Source: a virus (lineage: Duplodnaviria > Heunggongvirae > Uroviricota > Caudoviricetes). From it: a stretch of DNA of 64,000 nt. The notes below the pieces were generated by a model. It saw nothing but the letters and a program-made list of their open reading frames with translations. It searched no databases and was not told the DNA's origin. The stretch is from positions 1 to 64,000 of the IMG/VR virus record IMGVR_UViG_3300037400_001691, one strand, 5' to 3'. The position numbers and the translations under genes were made by a program. Shown piece by piece: positions 1-6,909 of this stretch. Each line of letters starts with the position of its first letter. Position 1 is the stretch's first letter.

Positions 1-102
1 GATTTAAAAGAATATATAAAAACTTTAAAATAATGGAAAAGAAAGTTTTTGAAATTTTCGGAAAAGTATTAATCTCAAATAAGCCAAAAGTATTTTTCAC
101 AA

Positions 103-447
103 TTGAAAGGTTCTATTATATTAGTTAGAGGTAATCACGATGAAATTCCTCTTGGTACATATGAATTTGCAAATAGTCTCGGTGCTAGATCTTTTGAAGT
201 ATATGATCAACTTATGTTTAATGTTGATGGTGTTGGAATGTTTGCATCACATTATCCAGCAACAGTATTTCCAGGTCTGTATCAAGTGTTTGGACATCTT
301 CATACATTAAAGGATGATACATCTTTCTTTATTAAAGGAAAGACAAGTGACGTACTTAAACCAACACAATATGACGTTGGTGTAGACCAAAATGATTTTC
401 GACCAATTTCATTTTGGGAACTTTGCAATATTTTTAAACAAAGATAA
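103..447 (+). CDS. metallophosphoesterase (calcineurin-like), C-terminal portion only; N-terminal motifs absent (window edge or frameshift)
   Basis: Translation contains motif III GNHDE and the GHLH motif. It has no ATG, and the ORF opens right after an in-frame TAA at 79-81. Confidence 0.45.
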   Translation: MKGSIILVRGNHDEIPLGTYEFANSLGARSFEVYDQLMFNVDGVGMFASHYPATVFPGLYQVFGHLHTLKDDTSFFIKGKTSDVLKPTQYDVGVDQNDFRPISFWELCNIFKQR

Positions 448-448
448 A

Positions 449-2146
449 ATGAAAAAACTCGAATCTCTTTATCCAACAAAGGCTCCTTCTACCAAAGATA
501 TGAACATCTTTGAGAAGGAGCTTTTTAAGAAGTCAGTACAAACTACTTCTGGTAATGGTAGTGTTAAGTATTCTATCAGCGGTAATGTCTTCTTAGATGA
601 CTATGCTGCAATTTCAAATTATCGTGAACCTAGAGAGTTAGACGATATTTTCTGTACTATGCAGAAACTTTGTAACGAGAATGTTCTTATTGCTCTTCGA
701 CTTACAGCATTTATAAGAATGATTACTCGTGCTCCATTCTTCAAAGATCAAACTCTTGGTGTTCATCGTGGTCAGGGTCTAAAGCATGAATACATTGGAA
801 GAATGTATTTCTTTGCTAAGAATTATCCAAAGATTTTCAAGCGTAACCTTGATGTATTTATCGCGATAGGTTCTTGGAATGATTTGTTTGAAATTCTCAG
901 AACAGATCTTTACTACAATGGTAAGAAGAGAAAGTCAAATTTCTTATTCAAAACTATTATTGATTATATCATTGCAAAAACATATGATAAGAATCAAGTA
1001 GAGTTGATTAAGAAGTATCTTCCACAAATTAAGCCTGCATCTAAGTGCTCAACTATTCGAAATCAGGCAAATAGTATTATCGCTAAGATAATTGCAACAC
1101 GTCTATTCCCTAGTGAGGATAAGAAGACAAGTTATGCAAGTTATCGTAGGTTTAAGAGTTCTGGTACAGCTCATATTTGGGAGCAAAAGATTTCTCAAGG
1201 TAAGTTCAATGAACTTGATTTTTCTCTCATTGCTGGTCGTGCACTTTCAAAACTCATAAACTCTAAGTTCCTAAAGAATCATGATCTTGAGGATGCTTAT
1301 TATGAGTGGATTGCTAAGCAGCCTGTAGCTAAGTTCACAGGATATCCATTTGAATTGTTTGCACCTTTTAATGAAGTGTACTTACAATACAATTATCTGC
1401 AAAACAGTAAGAATTTTAAACCTTATCAAATTGAAACATTAAATAAGCAATTTGAAGGTCTTATTGAAACTGCAAAGAAGGATATGAATCGTGAAACTTC
1501 ATTCATATGTTGTATTGATACTTCTGGTTCAATGACAGTACAAGCTAATGGTTTGAAAGTTTCTTCACTTACTGTTGCTCGTTCAATGGCTCTTTATTTT
1601 AGTAAACTCCTTATAGGTAAGTTTGCTAATACCTTCCTAGAGTTTGATAGACAGTGTAATTTCAATGTTTGGCAAGGACAAACTGCATATGAAAATTGGG
1701 TACAAACTCCAATCTCTGGATGGTGTAGAGATACTAATTTCATGAGTGTTGCAAACAAGTTTGTTGAACTCAAGCAGAAAGGATATGATGAATCTGAGTT
1801 TCCAACAGGAATAATTTGTATTTCAGATGGTGAATTTAATAGATATTCACATGATAAATCTGTATTTGAATCATTCTTGAATGCTCTTCGTCCTTGGTTC
1901 TCAAAAGAATTTGTTGATAATTTCAAACTTGTTCTTTGGGATTGTCCTAATGGTTGTTACGGTGAAGGAGTTAGACCTAAGTTCGAAAGTCTTGCTGATC
2001 GTCCAAACTTTTATTATATGTCTGGACTTGATCCTGCTGGAATTGCTTTCCTAACAGGTACTAAGTATTCACCTTCTATTCCTAAGACAGCTGAAGAACT
2101 CTTTGAAGCTGCTCTTGATCAAGAACTAATCAAAGCAATTAAGTAA
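449..2146 (+). CDS. vWA-domain protein, Ro60/TROVE-like (Rsr-like) candidate
   Basis: The protein is about 565 aa. A MIDAS-type motif (CC)IDTSGSM at about aa 360 is followed by vWA-like sequence, and size and domain order match Ro60 (toroid plus C-terminal vWA). The probable start is ATG 449, in frame directly after the upstream stop; the ORF track's 392 start overlaps the previous gene. Confidence 0.45.
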   Translation: MKKLESLYPTKAPSTKDMNIFEKELFKKSVQTTSGNGSVKYSISGNVFLDDYAAISNYREPRELDDIFCTMQKLCNENVLIALRLTAFIRMITRAPFFKDQTLGVHRGQGLKHEYIGRMYFFAKNYPKIFKRNLDVFIAIGSWNDLFEILRTDLYYNGKKRKSNFLFKTIIDYIIAKTYDKNQVELIKKYLPQIKPASKCSTIRNQANSIIAKIIATRLFPSEDKKTSYASYRRFKSSGTAHIWEQKISQGKFNELDFSLIAGRALSKLINSKFLKNHDLEDAYYEWIAKQPVAKFTGYPFELFAPFNEVYLQYNYLQNSKNFKPYQIETLNKQFEGLIETAKKDMNRETSFICCIDTSGSMTVQANGLKVSSLTVARSMALYFSKLLIGKFANTFLEFDRQCNFNVWQGQTAYENWVQTPISGWCRDTNFMSVANKFVELKQKGYDESEFPTGIICISDGEFNRYSHDKSVFESFLNALRPWFSKEFVDNFKLVLWDCPNGCYGEGVRPKFESLADRPNFYYMSGLDPAGIAFLTGTKYSPSIPKTAEELFEAALDQELIKAIK

Positions 2147-2149
2147 ATT

Positions 2150-2419
2150 ATGATAACAGCAGAAGAAGCAAAGAAAGCTTCAAATGAAGCTTTAGAAAAA
2201 AGAGAAAAACAAGAATTTGATGACATTCTTAACAAGTTCAAAGTAGAAGAAACAGTAAATAGTGCTATAAATTCAGGTCTTTATAGAGCTTATTTACAGG
2301 GTGTTAGCAATAAAGAGTTGGAAATTCTACGTAAATATCTCATGAACAAAGGTTTTCTTGTTGATAGGTCGCTTTCAACAAACGATGTTTACATAGATTG
2401 GAGCACTAGCAAAAAATAA
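2150..2419 (+). CDS. hypothetical protein (89 aa)
   Basis: ORF with ATG start 4 nt after the upstream stop. No recognisable motif. Confidence 0.55.
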   Translation: MITAEEAKKASNEALEKREKQEFDDILNKFKVEETVNSAINSGLYRAYLQGVSNKELEILRKYLMNKGFLVDRSLSTNDVYIDWSTSKK

Positions 2420-2465
2420 AAAAATTTTAAAAATTTTTTGAAATTTGAAAATTCTATAATATATT

Positions 2466-2502
2466 TGTACACATTCGCTTCAAAAAAAGTAAATGTGTAC
2501 AA
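2466..2502. promoter_or_regulatory. perfect 11-bp inverted repeat TTGTACACATT/AATGTGTACAA with 15-nt spacer, just downstream of a TATAAT hexamer (2453-2458)
   Basis: Read directly in the sequence. It lies immediately 5' of the tRNA-like gene at 2558. Confidence 0.3.
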
Positions 2503-2557
2503 AATATTGGGTTCATAGTTCAATGGTTAGAACAATTGATTAAAATTTATCATATTA

Positions 2558-2643
2558 GGGTGGTTGGCCGAGTGGACGATGGCAATAAACTGTTAATCTA
2601 TCTAGTGAAAGCTACACCGTGGGTTCGAATCCCTCACTGCCCG
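2558..2643 (+). tRNA. atypical class-II-like tRNA (long variable arm, acceptor GGGTGGT/ACTGCCC with 2 G-U pairs); anticodon loop CTGTTAA reads GUU
   Basis: Hand fold: Ser-like D-arm GCC-GAGTGGACGAT-GGC, anticodon stem ATAAA/TCTAT (one A-C mismatch), variable hairpin TAG-TGAAAG-CTA, T-arm GTGGG-TTCGAAT-CCCTC. Confidence 0.4.
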
Positions 2644-2648
2644 CTAAT

Positions 2649-2963
2649 ATGGCATAGAAAGAAATTCGTTATTGTGAAAAACATGGAAATACTGAGTTTG
2701 CTTTGTATAAAACTGGAAAAGATAGCACTAGATGGAGATGTCTAAAGTGCTAGACTGAAGCAACTTAGAAAAGAAGAGATAAAGTGAAATATATGGCAGT
2801 TGTTTATAAAGGAGGTAAATGTCAATGTTGTGGATACAATAAATATATAGGAGCTTTAGAATTTCACCATGTAGATCCAGAACAAAAAGATTTTGGAGTA
2901 TCATCATAGGGATATACCCATTCTTGGGATAAAGCTAAGAAAGATTTCGATGATAAATTTTAA
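2649..2963 (+). CDS. HNH homing endonuclease (C-terminally truncated) with four in-frame TAG codons
   Basis: Frame-0 translation reads ...YCEKHGNTEF...RWRCLKC*TEAT*KRRD...YKGGKCQCCGYNKYIGALEFHHVDPEQKDFGVSS*GYTHSWDKAKKDF. This is a classic Zn-finger plus HNH motif. The TAGs are at 2655, 2751, 2766 and 2907. There is no TAA or TGA inside and no frameshift. Confidence 0.6.
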
Positions 2964-3016
2964 CCTATTAATATCAGTTCGATTCTGTTTGGGCCCGCTA
3001 CTATAAAAATAATATC

Positions 3017-3769
3017 ATGAATACACTCGTTCATCATTTTGCAGGAATGAAATTAAGAGCACAACAATTTGTAAAATATTTTTACGATAATGTTGTTAAT
3101 GCTAAAATAAATTCAGATAATTTGACAGATTTTAATAATAATGTTACTTTAGTTTACGGATCAACAAATAATTATCCGTTTTCTCAAACATTACTTAAAT
3201 ATATAACTGAAAATAATATAAATTCTATAAATATATATGAGAATATTAATCAAGCTTTAAATATTGAGAAAATATCATATTTTAAAAAAGTTCTTGACGA
3301 AAAGTATGATTTATTAAACGATTATATATTATTTATAGATGCTGGAGATACAGTATTAAATATAGATATTTCTTTTAATGAAATTCTTGAAAGATTTAAA
3401 AGTTATAATTGTAATGTTTTATTTAATAAAGATATTACTGATTATCCTTTTAGTTTTAAAAAATATTTTAATCCGAAATCTCCAAGTTATATCAAAGAAT
3501 ATTTTGAAACTCCAAATGTTGAACAATTAAGTGATATAAAAAATGGACATTTTATAAATTCTGGTGTTTATTTTGGTAAAAAAGAAGACATTAAAGAATT
3601 AATAGATGTTTGTTTTAAAATTATAATAACTGATAACAATCCAAGATATTATTCTGATCAATTCATTTTTAAAAAGGCTGCAAAGTTTATTAATGAAAAA
3701 TATAATAAACATTTTGTAGAAGTTGATTATGAGAATAAATTATTTTCTTGTGTAAATTTTAATAAATGA
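3017..3769 (+). CDS. hypothetical protein, extremely AT-rich (possible nucleotide-sugar transferase-like, DAGD motif)
   Basis: 250-aa ORF with very low GC relative to its surroundings. No confident motif. Confidence 0.5.
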   Translation: MNTLVHHFAGMKLRAQQFVKYFYDNVVNAKINSDNLTDFNNNVTLVYGSTNNYPFSQTLLKYITENNINSINIYENINQALNIEKISYFKKVLDEKYDLLNDYILFIDAGDTVLNIDISFNEILERFKSYNCNVLFNKDITDYPFSFKKYFNPKSPSYIKEYFETPNVEQLSDIKNGHFINSGVYFGKKEDIKELIDVCFKIIITDNNPRYYSDQFIFKKAAKFINEKYNKHFVEVDYENKLFSCVNFNK

Positions 3770-4035
3770 AAAAATTACTAATTTTACTAATAATGATGCT
3801 TAGTATTGGTATATTCGGTAATGTAAATCATCAAGCAACTTATTCTGGAAAACACGTTGAAATATATAAAAAATCTAATAACAAGTTAATTTTTGAAACC
3901 GATTCAGCTAAAAAAGCTTATACCAATAAAGACACAATCATTGTAAAAATGATTAACGGAAAGATTAAAAAATATTATCCTGAAAGTGAATATATATTTA
4001 AGTATTCAATTTCAAGTGTAAGATATTACGAATGA
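3766..4035 (+). CDS. small secreted/lipoprotein-like protein
   Basis: N-terminal hydrophobic signal MKKLLILLIMMLSIGIFG. Start overlaps the previous stop (ATGA). Confidence 0.5.
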   Translation: MKKLLILLIMMLSIGIFGNVNHQATYSGKHVEIYKKSNNKLIFETDSAKKAYTNKDTIIVKMINGKIKKYYPESEYIFKYSISSVRYYE

Positions 4036-4055
4036 CATAGATACAACATATAAAA

Positions 4056-4144
4056 GGAATACATACAGCAAATGTTTTTGGTTAATAAATAATACTGATT
4101 ATATTGTTTTAAGTGGTTCAAATCCATTACTTTTTTGTATTCCG
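4056..4144 (+). ncRNA. IR-flanked structured element (GGAATACA...TGTATTCC) with ACAGCAA motif and a T-arm-like hairpin; degenerate Y-RNA/tRNA-like unit U1
   Basis: The 8-bp terminal inverted repeat encloses 73 nt that contain AGTGG-TTCAAAT-CCATT. No acceptor pairing was found. Confidence 0.35.
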
Positions 4145-4149
4145 AATTT

Positions 4150-4222
4150 GCATCGTTGGTGTTAGTGATTAGCATATTGGACTTCCACTCCAAAGGCGAG
4201 AGTTTGAATCTCTTACGATGCT
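4150..4222 (+). tRNA. tRNA-Gly(UCC)
   Basis: Acceptor GCATCGT/ACGATGC 7/7. Anticodon stem TTGGA/TCCAA with loop CTTCCAC. T-arm GAGAG-TTTGAAT-CTCTT. Confidence 0.65.
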
Positions 4223-4281
4223 CTCGAATCCCCATTAGTCCCTGAATTTTTAATTCAAACTAGTGGGTATTGTTATCTTAA

Positions 4282-4357
4282 GGAGGTATAGCGTAGGTGG
4301 TTGTTGCGCGTGGGTCTGAAAAACCCAAGGCTTGTGGTTCAACTCCCAATGCCTCCA
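4282..4357 (+). tRNA. tRNA-Phe(GAA)
   Basis: Acceptor GGAGGTA/TGCCTCC. D-arm GCGT...GCGC. Anticodon stem TGGGT/ACCCA with loop CTGAAAA. The T-stem is imperfect. Confidence 0.55.
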
Positions 4358-4380
4358 CTAATTTTTAAAATTATATTATT

Positions 4381-4563
4381 ATGAGTTTCGATAAAGCAAT
4401 AGAATCTGGTAAAGAACATCGTAAGCAATTTAAAGGAGCAAAGTCTGTTTCTTATAGTTGTAGAAATCATGGTGAATGTCCGTGGTGTAGAAGTAACAGA
4501 TTGTATGGTAATAGAAAAAGAGAAATAAGATCTTTAATGGAAATTAGAGATTTTCTGTCATAG
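4381..4563 (+). CDS. small Cys-rich zinc-ribbon protein (60 aa)
   Basis: Contains SCRNHGECPWCRSN. The ORF ends with TAG immediately followed by TAA. Confidence 0.5.
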   Translation: MSFDKAIESGKEHRKQFKGAKSVSYSCRNHGECPWCRSNRLYGNRKREIRSLMEIRDFLS

Positions 4564-4574
4564 TAAAGAATAAA

Positions 4575-4753
4575 GAAAGCGTACAGCAAATTTTTATATT
4601 TTACCATTAAATTTATAATCCGAAATGTTGTGCAATTCATATAAAAGACTGATTGAATTGTGTTTTATACTCGTATAGAAGTTAAGCTATACTAAGGTGT
4701 GAGTCACTGATTTAGAAGAATAAAAGTTAAATTAAACTTATATTTCGCTTTCT
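4575..4753 (+). ncRNA. IR-flanked structured element U2 (AGAAAGCG...CGCTTTCT) with ACAGCAAA motif, 179 nt, several internal hairpins
   Basis: The terminal 8-bp inverted repeat is preceded by the same leader motif as U1 and U3-U6. Internal hairpins include CAATTCA/TGAATTG and GTATAG/CTATAC. Confidence 0.35.
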
Positions 4754-4759
4754 GTAAAC

Positions 4760-4830
4760 AGGTCCTTAGTTTAACGGTAAAACATTAGTCTCCAAAACTA
4801 AAGTTATTGGTTCGATTCCATTAGGGTCTG
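4760..4830 (+). tRNA. tRNA-Trp(CCA)
   Basis: Acceptor AGGTCCT/AGGGTCT with 2 G-U pairs. D-arm GTTT-AACGGTA-AAAC. Anticodon stem TTAGT/ACTAA with loop CTCCAAA. T-loop TTCGATT. Confidence 0.6.
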
Positions 4831-5136
4831 CTAAAAAATGTTAAACTATTTTGTTTTCATAATAAAGATATGTATATTTGAAGTGTTAATTAGGAACACA
4901 TACAACAAAATTAATTCATTACTCTGCGTTTTAGAGTTCATTGTGTTCCGTTATTTTAATTATTGATTATGGCTTATAAAAAAGATACAAGACAAAGAGT
5001 AAAAGTACTCAATTGTGACATTCCTTATCTTAAAGGAATGGTTGGTCGAGTAGAAAAAGTAAATGGGGATATTTACAATGTAATGGTAGGACCGATTGTT
5101 ATAGCATTACATAAAAGTAAAATTCAAATATTAAAT

Positions 5137-5208
5137 TGAGGTATAGTATAACGGTTAGTACAGTAAACTGATAATTTACAAACCTAAGTTCAACTCTTAG
5201 TACTTCAA
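5137..5208 (+). tRNA. tRNA-Ile(GAU)
   Basis: Acceptor TGAGGTA/TACTTCA. D-arm GTAT-AACGGTTA-GTAC. Anticodon stem GTAAA/TTTAC with loop CTGATAA. T-arm CTAAG-TTCAACT-CTTAG. Confidence 0.6.
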
Positions 5209-5216
5209 CTAATATC

Positions 5217-5285
5217 GCGGATGCAGTGTGATGGTCGCATTTAAGGCTCATAACCTTAAGGAGTAGTTCGATTCTAACATTCGCA
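5217..5285 (+). tRNA. tRNA-Met-like (CAU) with truncated/imperfect T-stem (possible pseudo-tRNA)
   Basis: Acceptor GCGGATG/CATTCGC. Anticodon stem TAAGG/CCTTA with loop CTCATAA. The T-loop TTCGATT has only a 3-bp stem. Confidence 0.4.
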
Positions 5286-5306
5286 ACTTATCTTCATGTT
5301 TTTTAA

Positions 5307-5421
5307 AGGAAACTTCAGCAAACAATTCTCCCACAGAATGTCGTTAGTTCGAATCTAACTCCCTCTGATAGAGGGATAGCTCAATTGGTTCAGAGCGTCT
5401 GTTTTATAAAAAATGTTTCCT
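5307..5421 (+). ncRNA. permuted tRNA-like element U3 (Y-RNA/YrlA-like): 3' tRNA half then 5' tRNA half, enclosed by IR AGGAAAC/GTTTCCT
   Basis: At 5333-5367 lie ACAGA-ATGTC-GTTAG-TTCGAAT-CTAAC-TCCCTCT-G. After the linker AT, 5370-5402 hold AGAGGGA-TA-GCTC-AATTGGTTCA-GAGC-G-TCTGT. The acceptor pairs 7/7 and the anticodon stem 5/5 between the halves. The leader contains CAGCAAA. Confidence 0.6.
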
Positions 5422-5427
5422 GTTTAA

Positions 5428-5545
5428 AGAAAACTAACAGCAATATTTAAATCCGTATCCTGGTGGTAACATGGGTTCGATTCCCTTCTCTACTGTAACA
5501 GGTAGTGTCGTCTAGTGGTAGGACGCCTTTTTTGAATAGTTTTCT
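5428..5545 (+). ncRNA. permuted tRNA-like element U4 (Y-RNA/YrlA-like), IR AGAAAACTA/TAGTTTTCT
   Basis: Leader ACAGCAA, then T-arm ATGGG-TTCGATT-CCCTT, then an acceptor-like hairpin CTCTACTG-TAA-CAGGTAG, then a Glu-like D-arm TCGTCTAGTGGTAGGAC. The inverted-repeat arms show compensatory changes relative to U5 and U6. Confidence 0.55.
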
Positions 5546-5552
5546 GTAATAT

Positions 5553-5636
5553 CGCGGTATAGTCTAATGGTAAGATGCGAGGCTCATAACCTTGAGACAG
5601 TAAATGCTTGTGTGGGTTCGATTCCCACTACCGCAA
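5553..5636 (+). tRNA. atypical tRNA, anticodon CAU, C1-A72 mismatch, 17-nt variable region
   Basis: Acceptor CGCGGTA/TACCGCA. D-arm GTCT-AATGGTA-AGAT. Anticodon stem CGAGG/CCTTG with loop CTCATAA. T-arm GTGGG-TTCGATT-CCCAC. Confidence 0.45.
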
Positions 5637-5725
5637 GGACACATAATCAAAACCTCCACGTGGTGTGTCTGGGTAATGCTAATTTGATTATAATTTGTTT
5701 AATTTAATTTATTTAGAATTGAATC

Positions 5726-6376
5726 ATGGCTTATATTTATTGTATTACAAATTTAATTAATGGAAAATAGTATGTAGGTAAAACTACATATTCTATTACA
5801 AAAAGATTTAAAGAACATTGCAGAGATTGTTCAAAAGAATGTGAAGAAAAAAGACCTTTATATGCTGCTATGAATAAATACGGTATAGAAAATTTTGTTG
5901 CAAAAGAACTTATAGAATGTGAAATAGATGAACTTAGTTCTTATGAAATTATGTTTATAGAAAAACTTCAAACATATGGAAAAAATGGATATAATGCAAC
6001 AAAAGGAGGTGATGGTTCTATATTATTTGATTATAATGAAATAGTTAATTTATATAAACAAGGAAAATCTATGACAGAAGTAGCTAGTATAATACATTGT
6101 TGTATTGATACTGTTTCTAAAGTAGTTCATTTATATAATTTACCTATAAATAAAATTATATCAGGTAGTTGTAAACAACCAAAAATTGTAATACAATTAA
6201 ATAAAGAAACAAAAGAAGAAATACAAATTTTTAATTCAGTTGCAGACGCTTCTCATTGGTTAGTTGATAATGGATATGCTAAAACATATAACGGAGGTGT
6301 TAGACAAAAAATTTGTAATTGTTGTAATGGAAAATCAAAATCAGCTTATAATTTTAAATGGAAATATAAGGAATAA
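5726..6376 (+). CDS. GIY-YIG homing endonuclease (free-standing) with one in-frame TAG
   Basis: Translation MAYIYCITNLINGK*YVGKTTYSITKRFKEHCRD...AAMNKYGIENF... carries the GIY-YIG motif with a TAG at 5768-5770. The ORF is otherwise intact through to TAA at 6374-6376. Confidence 0.7.
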
Positions 6377-6394
6377 TTCCCACTACCGCAATAT

Positions 6395-6466
6395 GGGGCA
6401 TTAGTGTAGAGGTCAGCACGTCAGATTTTCATTCTGGAGACTCGAGTTCGAATCTCGGATGCCCTA
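6395..6466 (+). tRNA. tRNA-Glu(UUC)
   Basis: Acceptor GGGGCAT/ATGCCCT. D-arm GTGT-AGAGGTCA-GCAC. Anticodon stem TCAGA/TCTGG with loop TTTTCAT. T-arm TCGAG-TTCGAAT-CTCGG. Confidence 0.6.
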
Positions 6467-6588
6467 CAAAGGTTCTTGCTTTTTCATCCTATAACGAAAA
6501 AGCCGTAGCAATTCGTCAATGCCGTAGGAATCCGTTAACTCCAATAAACTAGTTTGTGTAACTACACTCTTTGAGTGCAGTTCTTTTT

Positions 6589-6659
6589 GAGTGCTTGTCC
6601 GAGCGGTTAGGTAACGCTCTGTAAAAGCGAATACATTGGTTCAAATCCAATAGCACTCT
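6589..6659 (+). tRNA. tRNA-Tyr(GUA), short class-I form
   Basis: Acceptor GAGTGCT/AGCACTC 7/7. Anticodon stem CGCT/AGCG with loop CTGTAAA. T-arm ATTGG-TTCAAAT-CCAAT. Confidence 0.5.
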
Positions 6660-6805
6660 CAACCTCAGCTGACAAGAGCTAGATCTTGTTGACTTTTAAA
6701 TTCCGGGGCAACATGAAACGGAATAGGTTGGCTTACCTTAAAAAAGTACACGCATCAAAGATGTAAGAGATCCTACTCAGTGAGGTTTTAGAGTAGGATT
6801 TACTT

Positions 6806-6888
6806 GCCGGAATGGGACAGCGGTCGACTCCACTTGATTTGTAATCATGCTCTGAAAAGACACGTCGGTTCGAATCCGACTTCCGGCT
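6806..6888 (+). tRNA. class-II-like tRNA (83 nt, long variable arm), anticodon loop TTTGTAA reads UGU
   Basis: Acceptor GCCGGAA/TTCCGGC 7/7. D-stem GGA/TCC with an 11-nt loop. Anticodon stem CTTGA/TCATG with one mismatch. Variable hairpin. T-arm GTCGG-TTCGAAT-CCGAC. Confidence 0.45.
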
Positions 6889-6909
6889 CAAACAATTAAT
6901 TTTAATAGT

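Noticed and set aside
392-448. upstream extension of the Ro60-like ORF to 392
   Set aside because: It overlaps the previous gene. ATG 449 sits in frame immediately after that gene's stop and is the more plausible start.
1594-1926. minus-strand ORF inside the Ro60-like gene. Similar cases are 17495-17800, 20674-20910, 24135-24461, 26633-26827, 38533-39135, 43567-43867, 47958-48527 and 48845-49188.
   Set aside because: All lie fully within stronger plus-strand genes. Genes in the whole window are co-oriented on the plus strand, except the HNH gene at 12955-13518. Judged spurious.
2536-2745. 69-aa ORF (MIKIYHIRVVGR...)
   Set aside because: Overlaps the tRNA-like gene 2558-2643, and its translation is the tRNA sequence read as protein.
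5372-5402. U3 5' half interpreted as an ordinary tRNA-Ile(UAU) gene with loop TTTATAA
   Set aside because: No complementary 3' anticodon-stem strand, T-arm or 3' acceptor follows it. The only matching 3' half lies upstream (5333-5367), so the gene is permuted.
4050-5650. Reading the ACAGCAA-containing repeats as a CRISPR-like or simple tandem DNA repeat
   Set aside because: The units are not direct repeats with spacers. They are inverted-repeat-flanked and differ in length (89-179 nt), and the inverted-repeat arms covary. This fits RNA structure and not a CRISPR array. No cas genes are present.
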